Shown here: positions 1 to 9,112 of the stretch, one piece after another | Numbering within the stretch: position 1 is the stretch's first letter | Layout of the letters: every line of letters starts with the position of its first letter | DNA from: an uncultured Clostridia bacterium | GTDB lineage: Bacteria; Bacillota; Clostridia; Christensenellales; CAG-1252 | Reading direction: 5' to 3' | NCBI GenBank assembly: GCA_945482995.1 | Contig: CALYRM010000002.1 | Span: 11,355-75,354, forward strand | DNA length: 64,000 nucleotides | The notes under the pieces: model-generated | The model's input: the letters and a program-made list of their open reading frames with translations, nothing else | Told to the model about the DNA's origin: nothing | The model's database searches: none | Translations under genes and position numbers: made by a program

Positions 1-834
1 AGCGAGATAAAAAGCGTACTCAAAGTTTCGCTTTTAGAAAAAAGTCACACCGAAATCGAACTGACTACACATTACGCATATGGAGAGGGTTACACCTTTA
101 TTTTGAAGTCGGGAGTTTTCGTTCACCAAGAAGGCTTTGACGGCAAAAAACTTAAACGCAAATTGCCACCTTTCGATATAGACAAGCTTACAGCGGGAAT
201 TTGCTACAACGGCGAAATACTTGCTTGGACCGCCCCTACCCCTCAAATACCTTACGTATTGCAGGAATTAGCTCAAAAATACAGCGTAATCAAGGTTGAA
301 AACAAACAAGTAAACAAGAGTCAAGCACTTATCGAAGAGACTGCAAACGTTGAAACTACAAAAGAGAACAAAAACAACACTCTATCGGTCAATTCAAACG
401 AAAAAGATGAGATGATAGAAACGACTATTGTAGGCAAAAAAAACGATATTCAATCCACAATAAATGAAGATGTGAATTTAGAAGATGCCGAGATAACGCA
501 AAAATCGGACGATATAAGTAAGCAGTTTAACATTTTAGAGGTTGATAACTCAACCTTTTCCCAAAATATCGAAAATGACGAACAAGAAAATTTCTTAGCA
601 AAGGAAATCGAAGAAAAATACAACACTCTAAAACACAATGAAGTGTTAGAAAAAGTATTCCCGAATTCTAAATGGATTGTAGAAGAAAATGACGATTTTT
701 CTCTGGGTCTTCTCTATAACTCAAGCTCAATAACCCATATATGCTATGCAAAAGCAGGAGAAATAGACAAGCCAATTGAGCCAAACGCAAGTTTTTACGA
801 GGGGTACTGGATAGTGTTTGAGGAATTAGATTAA
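1..834 (+). CDS. hypothetical protein, 5'-truncated by the window edge
   Basis: Frame 1 is open from nt 1, with no stop before the TTG at 103 that the ORF track uses. Stop at 832-834. Asn/Glu-rich middle, no motif I recognise. Confidence 0.5.
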   Translation, partial: SEIKSVLKVSLLEKSHTEIELTTHYAYGEGYTFILKSGVFVHQEGFDGKKLKRKLPPFDIDKLTAGICYNGEILAWTAPTPQIPYVLQELAQKYSVIKVENKQVNKSQALIEETANVETTKENKNNTLSVNSNEKDEMIETTIVGKKNDIQSTINEDVNLEDAEITQKSDDISKQFNILEVDNSTFSQNIENDEQENFLAKEIEEKYNTLKHNEVLEKVFPNSKWIVEENDDFSLGLLYNSSSITHICYAKAGEIDKPIEPNASFYEGYWIVFEELD

Positions 835-1019
835 TCGCACTGCGTTTAATCTAATTCCCAATGAGCAATGCAGGGTTTGATAACGTTTGCTATCAAACAA
901 TGAAATCTTCCCTATGGGCAGATGAAATCCACTTGTGTGGATGAAATCACTACGTAATGAGATCCGCTTTTCAAGCGGGTTGTGGATTCTTTGATTGTAT
1001 GATAAGAATGACCATCATT

Positions 1020-1679
1020 TTATGACAAATGTTTAGCGTCTCTTTTTGAAATTGGCGGTTTTTCATCTAAGTAGGTTTGCCATACGTCGAGTTTATCTTC
1101 TTCGGTTATTTCCCTTATTACCTTAGCGGGGCTACCTGCTGCAAGTACGCCTGACGGAATATCATTCAAAACCAAACTACCCGCACCGATAACAACGTTA
1201 TCACCGATAGTAACGCCGCCTACTATGGTAACGTTGGAAGCAATCCAAACATTGTTTCCAATAGTAATTGGCTTTGCGTATTCTAAATCGATTTTACCAA
1301 CCGGATAATCTTGTACGATTCTTTCTTCGTGACATAGTGGGTGCATTGGCGTTGCTAGTGTAACGTTGGGTCCTAGCATTGCATTGTCGCCAATGGTTAT
1401 TTTTGCAACGTCTAACATTATGCAATTAAAATTGGAAAAGAAATAATCACCCAAAGAAATATTTTCGCCATATTCAACTTTAAAAGGCGAAAAAACCAAT
1501 GCATTATCAGTTGAATTTGGAATAATCTTTTTCAAAAGCCTTTGACGTCTGTGTATACGTATAAACGAGGTTTTATTATATTTTTCACATAGCACAAAGG
1601 CTCTAGCATGCTTTTTGATTATTTCCCAATCTGTTCCGTTATACAATAATCCGTTACGCATTTTTTCAAATTCAGTCAT
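1020..1679 (-). CDS. maa: maltose/galactoside O-acetyltransferase (left-handed beta-helix, hexapeptide repeats)
   Basis: N-terminal MTEFEKMRNGLLYN...KYN Mac-type motif, followed by hexapeptide repeats (IGDNAMLGPNVTL, IGNNVWIASNVTIVGGVTIGDNVVIGAGSLV). Confidence 0.85.
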   Translation of the reverse strand: MTEFEKMRNGLLYNGTDWEIIKKHARAFVLCEKYNKTSFIRIHRRQRLLKKIIPNSTDNALVFSPFKVEYGENISLGDYFFSNFNCIMLDVAKITIGDNAMLGPNVTLATPMHPLCHEERIVQDYPVGKIDLEYAKPITIGNNVWIASNVTIVGGVTIGDNVVIGAGSLVLNDIPSGVLAAGSPAKVIREITEEDKLDVWQTYLDEKPPISKRDAKHLS

Positions 1680-1766
1680 AGTGGTTCGTCCTTTTTCGTT
1701 TTCTTACATTATACAAGAAAAATTTCAAAATACAAATATTTTGAACAAAAAACCGCTTGAATAAAT

Positions 1767-2483
1767 TTATTCCTGCGGTTTTTCTTTTAGTCTATTTTCA
1801 TCCGTCGGCAACTTGTTTGTGTCACCTTCGTTTATTAATGGAGTAAATATATTTTCTTCCGACGGTAAATCTGTTTCGTGTTTTTCTTCGGGTATTTCTC
1901 CGCTTGGTTCAATTTTCTTCGCTTTTACGGGAGTGAAAAACATCTTATTTAGCTTGATAAGCACTTTTGATAGCGGTGTAAATGCGAACGCAAATAACAA
2001 CAGGTTACAAACTATTTGGGTAAAGTAGAACGCCACACCACGAAGATAGTATGCCGCAAATTCTTTTATTAACGCTTGTATATTCGTATAGAAAAGTAAA
2101 TCGACTACGCTTGTCAGCACACCAAAAAAAACAGTCAAGGCAACGGCAACTGCCGTTACAATTGCCCTATGCCTTATCTTCTTTTTGCTTAGCAGCATAA
2201 AAATCAAGGCGACTAAGGGCCAATAGATAAAATACGATATTACCCAAGAGCCGAAACCCCAAATTAGCGGTTCAATCGCCACAAAAAGCGCTACGGAAAT
2301 CACTCCATAAAACCCAAAAACATAGCCGAATAGCGCGCATAAAAGAGTTACAACCTCAACATTCGGAAGGGCTGCAAGCGCAAGCTTACAGCCCTCTATC
2401 AGTGCGGTGCAAACTGCTATAAGCGCTACACGCTTAGCGCTTTTTAAAGCATATTGAGTTTTAGGAGTGGAGTTTGCCGTCAT
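1767..2483 (-). CDS. polytopic membrane protein, ECF-transporter S-component-like (possible cobalamin-related substrate-binding subunit)
   Basis: About 5-6 predicted TM helices. Lies 4 nt downstream of the DUF4430-like gene and under the cobalamin riboswitch. Long acidic C-terminal tail. Confidence 0.5.
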   Translation of the reverse strand: MTANSTPKTQYALKSAKRVALIAVCTALIEGCKLALAALPNVEVVTLLCALFGYVFGFYGVISVALFVAIEPLIWGFGSWVISYFIYWPLVALIFMLLSKKKIRHRAIVTAVAVALTVFFGVLTSVVDLLFYTNIQALIKEFAAYYLRGVAFYFTQIVCNLLLFAFAFTPLSKVLIKLNKMFFTPVKAKKIEPSGEIPEEKHETDLPSEENIFTPLINEGDTNKLPTDENRLKEKPQE

Positions 2484-2486
2484 TTA

Positions 2487-2909
2487 CTAAAATTGTGAAA
2501 TCATGAATACGTAAGTTGTACCCTCGGTCAAAGGTAGTTCATTTAAGCCCAACGTACAAGAGCCGTATGTTACGCCGTCGTACTCATATGTACCCCATGT
2601 GGAGTTGGTGTTGGCAGGGTCGTTTGAATACATCATCCAATATTCTTTTGCATTGCCGTCCGCATGACGACCATTGATCGTAACTACCATTGTTCCATCC
2701 ATTTCATAGGTCAAAAAACCCTTTTCCACAAGAACATCAAAATAGTCCCTTAGTGTTTTACCTTCGATATCAGGCATAATTTCACTGTCGAGAGGAATCA
2801 TAATGCAGGTTTCTTCCATTTGAACGGGGTTTGTTGGTTCACAGGCAACAAAGCTAAGAGCTAAAACCGCAAGAACAACAACTGTTGTAATTAATAAACT
2901 TTTCTTCAT
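2487..2909 (-). CDS. DUF4430-like (transcobalamin-like fold) lipoprotein
   Basis: Lipobox LSFVAC after a signal peptide. MVVTINGRHADGNAKEYWMMY fits the DUF4430 'sIng...W.y.vN' pattern. RBS aaaggag upstream; B12 riboswitch upstream. Confidence 0.6.
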   Translation of the reverse strand: MKKSLLITTVVVLAVLALSFVACEPTNPVQMEETCIMIPLDSEIMPDIEGKTLRDYFDVLVEKGFLTYEMDGTMVVTINGRHADGNAKEYWMMYSNDPANTNSTWGTYEYDGVTYGSCTLGLNELPLTEGTTYVFMISQF

Positions 2910-2954
2910 TGTGTATATCTCCTTTTTCGCAAAACCTTTGTTCGGTTTTGCATA

Positions 2955-3012
2955 ATATGCAATTTGACAGCCGTCAGAATGTCATCCTTCGACTTCGTTC
3001 AGGATGACGATT
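2955..3012. repeat. single copy of the GTCATYC/GACAGC modular intergenic repeat
   Basis: gacagccgtcagaatgtcatccttcgacttcgttcaggatgac matches modules seen throughout the window. It sits between the riboswitch terminator and the RBS. Confidence 0.7.
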
Positions 3013-3049
3013 GACTCAAAATGATAAATTCAGTTAAACAACCTCGACA

Positions 3050-3084
3050 TAAAAAACCGAACGAAAAAGAAAATTCGTTCGGCA
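3050..3084 (-). terminator. intrinsic terminator (riboswitch expression platform)
   Basis: Minus strand reads ccgaacgaattttctttttcgttcgg followed by tttttt. Confidence 0.65.
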
Positions 3085-3124
3085 AAAGAGAATAACAACA
3101 ATGCGTTTTACAAAAAAGCAAAAC

Positions 3125-3295
3125 CTTGCGTTCAAAGGGAGAACCCTTCGGCTTATCTCCTTTACCCGAGATGGTTGACCGAATGTTATAAGGCAGGTAT
3201 TCCGACTTTTCGGATTAAATCCGTTTACGGTAATGGCTGTTGCGATGGATTTTCACCAAGATTCCCACTGTTAATAAATTGCGAATGATTCGTTG
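3125..3295 (-). promoter_or_regulatory. cobalamin (B12) riboswitch
   Basis: Minus strand contains GTGGGAATCTTGGTGAAAATCC...GCAACAGCCATTACCGTAA and a B12-box-like AGTCGGAATACCTGCC. Followed by a terminator hairpin. Confidence 0.8.
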
Positions 3296-3341
3296 TTCAA
3301 GTGCAATTTAATCCATATAACTGTTCATATTATTTATCATA

Positions 3342-3370
3342 ATTATAATTGTCGTTTTTTAGGATGTCAA
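3342..3370 (-). promoter_or_regulatory. sigma-70/SigA-type promoter for the riboswitch operon
   Basis: Minus strand has TTGACA, a 17-nt spacer, then TATAAT (ttgacatcctaaaaaacgacaattataat). Confidence 0.6.
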
Positions 3371-3377
3371 TCCTTTA

Positions 3378-6300
3378 TCAATTAACGACATAATTTTTTA
3401 TTATTTCGACGTTTTTCTCGATGTCGTCCAAGTAGACATATTCGCCCTTATTATGCGCATTGATGGCGCCCGATGATAAAAGTATTGTCGGAACATTCAG
3501 TTCATTAGCAATAACGTTCGCATCGCTCAAACTCTTTTCAATTTCAACTCGCTTGCTCGTTGCACCTGCTTTTTCGATTGCCGATTTCAAACGAGCGATA
3601 AAATCGGAATTTTCCGTACTAAATTCATGCGCTAAGATCTTTCTTGAATTGACGGTAGCGTTTAATTCTTTTTCGTTCAAGGTTTTGATTATATCTTGTA
3701 TCTTGCGTGTAATTTCATCTTCGTTCTTACCATATAACTTCAATATAAAGGTATTGTCGCTTGTTTCGGAAAAACTTATATTCATATTTTCCAAAAACTC
3801 TTTTGCTTTCATAGGTGCAAATAGATTAACACATTCAAGTCTAGTGCCTTTGGTCGAATATACGCCTATTCTATCGTTAATATCTACAACCAAACATTCC
3901 TTGACGGTCTTAGCAAGTTCATCCTTTCTTTGTGGTGTCAAAAACTCACTAATACCCTTAGAACCACGCTCTTCTCCACCCGAAATAAGCACTACTATGT
4001 TCTTTTGTTTAGGTTTCCCCTCTTGTTCCTTTAAAGCGGATACAATTCCATAGAGAACGCACGCAACGCCTGCTAAATCGTCAGCGCCACCATACACGGA
4101 AAACGCTCTACAAGGCGTGCTGTAATCGTCAACGTAAATGGAATTATCCGACAAATCACATTTATTGCCGTTCTCGTCATAATGAGAATGTAAATCGTAG
4201 TGCATAGAAAACAGCACTGCGCTCTTTTCCTTTTTCTTTCCGTTCTCGATATTTTCGCCAATAGTGCTTGTTGGTTCAAATCTAATTGCTATCGTTGGAT
4301 ATTTACCGTTATTTACTATTTCTATAAGATACCTTGTGCTTGTCAAGCCGTTTGCGTTATAGCAGTAGGATAAGAAATTAACCAAGTCCGCATATATTTC
4401 TTCAACCGTGTTGCTATGTTTGATAAGGTCCTTATATAAAATATGACAATGATTATAAATCTTATAAATTTGCGGAATTACGTTTACAAGGTCATACGCA
4501 AAACTATATTCTGAGATATTCGCCAAAGGCAGTATAGCATTGTGCATTTTGTGTTCCTCACCTTTAACCTTGGAATATATCCAACCATGAGAAATCATAA
4601 AACGATTCCAGCGCTCGTGTTCTAAAACAACAAGTTTCCGAACGCAATCGAGATTAAGGCTATACTCTCCCTTTTCATTTCTGCAGAAATGTTTAACCGC
4701 TCTGCGCATAATACGTGAATAAACATTGCTTATGCGATTAGTTTCTTTTTTAAAGTTGGTTAGTTTAAAGTATGACAAATTATATTTGATTGAATCAATT
4801 TCAAGTTTATCCGCTTTATTTCTTTCCTCGTAGATTTTGGAGAATAATTTGTCAAGTCTCAATTCGCCATTCACGTCTCTTTCGACGCAGAATTTGTCTG
4901 ATAGAGTCGTCATTGCCAAATTAAATCTCGCCTCAAGAGTAGAATTGTTACTCTTTTTAATCTGTAACTCGTCAATTTTATGAGTCATATTGATATAATT
5001 GGTATTGTACTCATACATTGCCGAATGGTCTATGATTTTGTCAAAAGTATAGATATCTTCCTTTGAGCCGAAGGGGAATACAACAACGTTTTTAAACAAG
5101 CCGTATTTAAAATCGGTTTCATTCCAATTCAACTTACGTAAATTGTTTTTATCACGAATATTGACAGCTATACACTGTCTGCGCCTATTGTGTATTCTTT
5201 CTCCGCTATTAATTTCAAGGTACAGTTCTCTTTTTATATCGTCAATAATGGTGTTGGCAATGGCTATATTTGTGCTGTCGTTTCCTAAAGCGATAACTAT
5301 GATGTTATACTCCTTATTTTTCTTGAAGCTTTCACCGTTTGCGGCAAACTCTTTGCCTGTTTTCTCGTCGAAAAATTTAATAAAGCTTACGCTTGAACAA
5401 GAATCTCTATGGAATACAATTTTCGGGAATTGCATTTTAGAGCAGAATTCTTCATAAGAGTAGTTGCCTTTACCATCGTTTTTCAAAAATTCTTTGTAAT
5501 AGTTTTTAATTTCTTGTTCGTTCACGTCAATATCGGAACTTGAAATCGGATAGCAATGGTATAGCGGATGATTTTTGGCAAACATACCCTCTATTTCTTC
5601 AATATTAGTATCAAATACATCAGCATAAAACCCGGTAGAACTTCCATCGTCTTCAAGGTGCGGACTTGCATAATAAAGAGCATGCAAGGCATTTTGACCG
5701 TTACCGCCAAAGCCCAAAATCAAGGCCTTATATTCGCTATTTCCTTGCCATTCGTCAACCGAAGCCAAGTGTTCCCAAATACTGCTTGCGCCGAGTTTTT
5801 TATATCTTTCGTCAATTAGCGACAATGAAGAAAGATATGCTTCATTTACCAAATTAACCTGCAATATCGAATACACGTACCTTACTAATATATTTTTAAA
5901 TTCTTCATCAAAGCCTATTTTGAATAGGTCATCGTAATTCTGTTTGTTCGCTTTTATCAAATCATTTAAGGTGAAGTTCTCGTTCAAGTTATTTTCAGAC
6001 AATCCGAAAGAAGCAAAAAGATTTTTTGCCGTTCTTGCACCAAAATATGCACTAGCGGGGCGGCTCAATAGATGCTCGACAATTTTATTAACGCGCTCGT
6101 CAATTTGAGTTGAATAATATTGATAGTTGACTTCGCTTTGCGTAAGGATATATTGTTCGGTTATTGTCCAAGAAGCTTTTAATCCGATGTTATATAATAG
6201 TAAATATATTTTTTCTTCGATTTCCTTTCTTTTCAACTCACCTTTGGAAACCGTAGATTTTTTAAGCCAAGACGTATAAGAGTTTTTTAATTTTATACTG

Positions 6301-7334
6301 TTACGCTTATAGAAAAGGTCGTCGATAATCATATCGATTTCGGAAAAAGCGTCAAAGGTGTTTTTTTCCTGCATAGGCTTTTTGTATTCGTCTAAGGTAA
6401 AATAAAACTCCATTATACGCGTTCTATTTCCTTTATTCCCAAGCAGTTTTTTTGTTGTTGTATTGGGTATTTCGACGTTTTTTAGTTCGCAGTCTATGGC
6501 TTCTTGATTCAATATATTCGTTGGTTGACTCGCTAAAAGCGATAAATTCTTTCTTCCAAGATTAAGCCTTGAAAAAAGCGATTTAGTTGTATCCTTGCCC
6601 TTCATCAATGAATAATAATAGAAAGACTGGCTCATAACCTCACGACAATTCGGATCGTTTCTCGAAAAAGTCGGAATATTATTGCCTGCAAAAAGAATCA
6701 GTGCTTTACGGGGCTTTTTAAGATTAGGACTTTTGTTTTTATTATTTTTATATTCGACCAACTCCTGTTGGTGATGGGCGGCAATACTCTCGGCAAGCAA
6801 TAATGCGTCGGGAGTTAAACAATTAAAAATGTATACGTCACGTCTTCTTTTAAGAACGTTGATAATAACCAAGCTAAAAATTTCATAGCTTGCTTTTGCG
6901 GTGATTACGCTTAATACGATCAAGCCCGCTATGATGGACGAACCATAATACAAACATACTACAATTCCGCCGCTAATTGACTCCATCCCGAAAGGCAAGC
7001 CCTCGAATTGTAAACCGCCTATCATTGAGTAAATTGCGGAAAGCGAATACCCCATATACTCGACAAAACTAAAATTTTGAACGTTACCGTTTGCGTCCTC
7101 GGCAAGGAACGGCAATATAGCAAGTTTAACGCCAACACTCAACGCCATTGCTATAAGTGCAAAAATGAGTTCTATACTGTACTTAGCGCTAGGCTTTTTA
7201 CGTCTTACCACAAAGTAGGCGACCATGAGTAACAAATAAGCAGCCACGCAAATTGCAATAGCACATATTAATCCCAACACATATTCGCCTACGTTTATTG
7301 ACGATTTGCTTAATAATAGTCTAAGCGTTGTCAT
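3378..7334 (-). CDS. 1318-aa multidomain membrane protein: N-terminal TM bundle, Rossmann (TrkA-N/RCK-like), RyR domain, C-terminal M20/M28-like metallopeptidase domain
   Basis: About 5 N-terminal TM helices. GxGxxG ILGFGGNGQNAL (nt ~5689-5728) and IIVIALGNDSTNIAIAN. RyR-like LEHERWNRFMISHGWIYSKVKGEEHKMHNAILPL (nt ~4555-4630). M20-type metal motifs MHYDLH, GGADDLAGV, SGGEERGSKG, and a C-terminal NAHNKGE. Confidence 0.6.
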   Translation of the reverse strand: MTTLRLLLSKSSINVGEYVLGLICAIAICVAAYLLLMVAYFVVRRKKPSAKYSIELIFALIAMALSVGVKLAILPFLAEDANGNVQNFSFVEYMGYSLSAIYSMIGGLQFEGLPFGMESISGGIVVCLYYGSSIIAGLIVLSVITAKASYEIFSLVIINVLKRRRDVYIFNCLTPDALLLAESIAAHHQQELVEYKNNKNKSPNLKKPRKALILFAGNNIPTFSRNDPNCREVMSQSFYYYSLMKGKDTTKSLFSRLNLGRKNLSLLASQPTNILNQEAIDCELKNVEIPNTTTKKLLGNKGNRTRIMEFYFTLDEYKKPMQEKNTFDAFSEIDMIIDDLFYKRNSIKLKNSYTSWLKKSTVSKGELKRKEIEEKIYLLLYNIGLKASWTITEQYILTQSEVNYQYYSTQIDERVNKIVEHLLSRPASAYFGARTAKNLFASFGLSENNLNENFTLNDLIKANKQNYDDLFKIGFDEEFKNILVRYVYSILQVNLVNEAYLSSLSLIDERYKKLGASSIWEHLASVDEWQGNSEYKALILGFGGNGQNALHALYYASPHLEDDGSSTGFYADVFDTNIEEIEGMFAKNHPLYHCYPISSSDIDVNEQEIKNYYKEFLKNDGKGNYSYEEFCSKMQFPKIVFHRDSCSSVSFIKFFDEKTGKEFAANGESFKKNKEYNIIVIALGNDSTNIAIANTIIDDIKRELYLEINSGERIHNRRRQCIAVNIRDKNNLRKLNWNETDFKYGLFKNVVVFPFGSKEDIYTFDKIIDHSAMYEYNTNYINMTHKIDELQIKKSNNSTLEARFNLAMTTLSDKFCVERDVNGELRLDKLFSKIYEERNKADKLEIDSIKYNLSYFKLTNFKKETNRISNVYSRIMRRAVKHFCRNEKGEYSLNLDCVRKLVVLEHERWNRFMISHGWIYSKVKGEEHKMHNAILPLANISEYSFAYDLVNVIPQIYKIYNHCHILYKDLIKHSNTVEEIYADLVNFLSYCYNANGLTSTRYLIEIVNNGKYPTIAIRFEPTSTIGENIENGKKKEKSAVLFSMHYDLHSHYDENGNKCDLSDNSIYVDDYSTPCRAFSVYGGADDLAGVACVLYGIVSALKEQEGKPKQKNIVVLISGGEERGSKGISEFLTPQRKDELAKTVKECLVVDINDRIGVYSTKGTRLECVNLFAPMKAKEFLENMNISFSETSDNTFILKLYGKNEDEITRKIQDIIKTLNEKELNATVNSRKILAHEFSTENSDFIARLKSAIEKAGATSKRVEIEKSLSDANVIANELNVPTILLSSGAINAHNKGEYVYLDDIEKNVEIIKNYVVN

Positions 7335-8610
7335 TTTCGTTCTCCTTTTCTTTCAGTTTTATGTCGATTTGTTTATCAAGCAAGAGCCTTTGCTTATGAA
7401 GTTCCGCCTTGTAATCTGTATATTTATCTCGTCTTTTCTTTGCAACAAAGTATACAACGATAAGCGCTATCGATATTACCAATAAGACAATCCCCAATGC
7501 TAGCGGTGTTTCCCAACTTCCGCGCGTAGTATCGACGCCGGAGAGAGCTTCCTGCGCAGATATCCTTATAGTATCTACTTCTCTAATTGTACCTGCAAAC
7601 TCAATATCTCTTTTCGCATCCTCAATTATTTTGTCAAATTCACGACGAGCGGCTTTTGTTGCCCCGCTGTAGCTTTCGCTTGCCAAGAATGAATCCAAAA
7701 TCAAACATGCGGCTTCCTTTGCCGATTCAAGAAGCTCACTTTCGCCCGAAAATACTTTGACGTCAACTTTTTCAATCTGGGCGATTGTGCTGCTAACAAT
7801 TTGGTTATATTCATTGACGACGGCAAAAACCGACAAACTTTCAATTTTTTCAATGGCGGATTGGTGAATCATGGTTATATCCAAGGCGTTCGACTGCGAA
7901 TACCCCATACTTACAACCCTCTTAAACCATTCGTTATACAAGGTTTTATCGGCGTAGATATAGTAATTTTCGATATCATTTTCAGGTATTATTGGAAGAT
8001 TGGCTTTTTGCAAATATTCATTAACCCTTGCGACTATGCACCTATCAATTTCTTTTACTGCATTAAGGGTATTTGTCGAACGCATTTCGTCGGCTTTATC
8101 GCGATTGTCAAGTTCCCTTATTGCATTTTTGTAATCGGCATAAACTGCGTTATAGTCAGCCCCTACCGCCAAATTTTCTATTATCGTGATTGTTTGAGAA
8201 TAAAGTTCTTCAACCGCTTGCCACTGCTCGGGATAAAATAATATGGTTTTATCTTCAATTTTCACACAATATGAAGCATCATCAAGACTTTCCTTAATTT
8301 GAATCGTCAGCTTTTCGATTTCATAATAATGGCAATATTGATAAAATCTTTGTTTGCTGTCAGCATCAATCAAAGCTTCAGTACTAGCATTAGCAAGTAT
8401 CTGTTCGCCCTTGTTGATTAATCCGTAATATTCGGGCGTTACTAAATCGGAAGTATCGTTTAAGTGCTTTTGATATAAACTTTCAAGACTACTAAGCAAG
8501 GCGTTAAAGTCGTCAATTTGAGATTGGTAATCTTCGGCAGCACAACAAAAAGGAGTCATCAAACTAAACAACGAAATTATAATTAGTATGCAGATTAATG
8601 TTTTTTTCAT
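7321..8610 (-). CDS. secreted, mostly helical protein with a C-terminal TM anchor; function unknown
   Basis: Signal peptide MKKTLICILIIISLFSLMTPFCCA. C-terminal TM LALGIVLLVISIALIVVYFV followed by KKRR. Its 3' end overlaps the next gene's start by 14 nt. Confidence 0.55.
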   Translation of the reverse strand: MKKTLICILIIISLFSLMTPFCCAAEDYQSQIDDFNALLSSLESLYQKHLNDTSDLVTPEYYGLINKGEQILANASTEALIDADSKQRFYQYCHYYEIEKLTIQIKESLDDASYCVKIEDKTILFYPEQWQAVEELYSQTITIIENLAVGADYNAVYADYKNAIRELDNRDKADEMRSTNTLNAVKEIDRCIVARVNEYLQKANLPIIPENDIENYYIYADKTLYNEWFKRVVSMGYSQSNALDITMIHQSAIEKIESLSVFAVVNEYNQIVSSTIAQIEKVDVKVFSGESELLESAKEAACLILDSFLASESYSGATKAARREFDKIIEDAKRDIEFAGTIREVDTIRISAQEALSGVDTTRGSWETPLALGIVLLVISIALIVVYFVAKKRRDKYTDYKAELHKQRLLLDKQIDIKLKEKENENDNA

Positions 8611-8740
8611 TTGATTTTTCCTTTATTTTACTAGGCACATACAGGCATAGATTATAGATTAATTGCACGTTAATAAAATCACCTGTACTTTATGTATAGT
8701 ATCCGTTCAATCGTTTGTTTTAATTCATTATGGAGTTAGA

Positions 8741-8790
8741 GTCTTTGACTTCGTTACACTACGCTTAAGAATGACGTTATATATTCGCAG
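8741..8790. repeat. single copy of the modular intergenic repeat
   Basis: gagtctttgacttcgttacactacgcttaagaatgac, the same module as at 18793-18830, 52795-52835 and 63925-63965. Confidence 0.65.
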
Positions 8791-8885
8791 ATTGCGCATT
8801 TGCTAATTGTTCTATACTTAAGATATAGTATAACCATTTATAACACATAAAACCTTAAAATGTCAATATGTGCATAAAACAAAAT

Positions 8886-8922
8886 AAAAAAGGTCGAGGA
8901 TATATCACTCAACCTTTTTTAT
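8886..8922. terminator. bidirectional-looking hairpin terminator
   Basis: aaaaaaggtcgagg...ctcaacctttttt: an imperfect stem flanked by an A-run and a T-run, downstream of the 9113..10465 gene. Confidence 0.5.
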
Positions 8923-9112
8923 GATAAGGGGGAAAATTAGGTCAATATCTCTATTGACATTGATATTATAAGTTATTTGTCGAAGTTTGTCAATATGCTT
9001 TTTTAAAAAAGTTCGTACTTTGCTGTATCTAAAAAAACAGTGGTATCTTTGTTTTACAACGGATTGATATTTATGAGCTTCTTCGACTACGCTCGAAACA
9101 ACAACGTTTGGA

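Noticed and set aside
3460-5857. Plus-strand ORFs inside the 1318-aa gene (3460..4053, 5143..5457, 5568..5819, 5666..5857) and the minus-strand ORF 4073..4279
   Set aside because: They are antisense or alternative-frame to a long, motif-supported CDS. They have low-complexity Ser/Phe/Leu-rich translations and no RBS. The same reasoning applies to short ORFs nested in the other long genes, such as 7801..8241, 9518..9790, 11951..12199, 13264..13545, 17438..17725, 28262..28693, 31939..32337 and 53663..54172.
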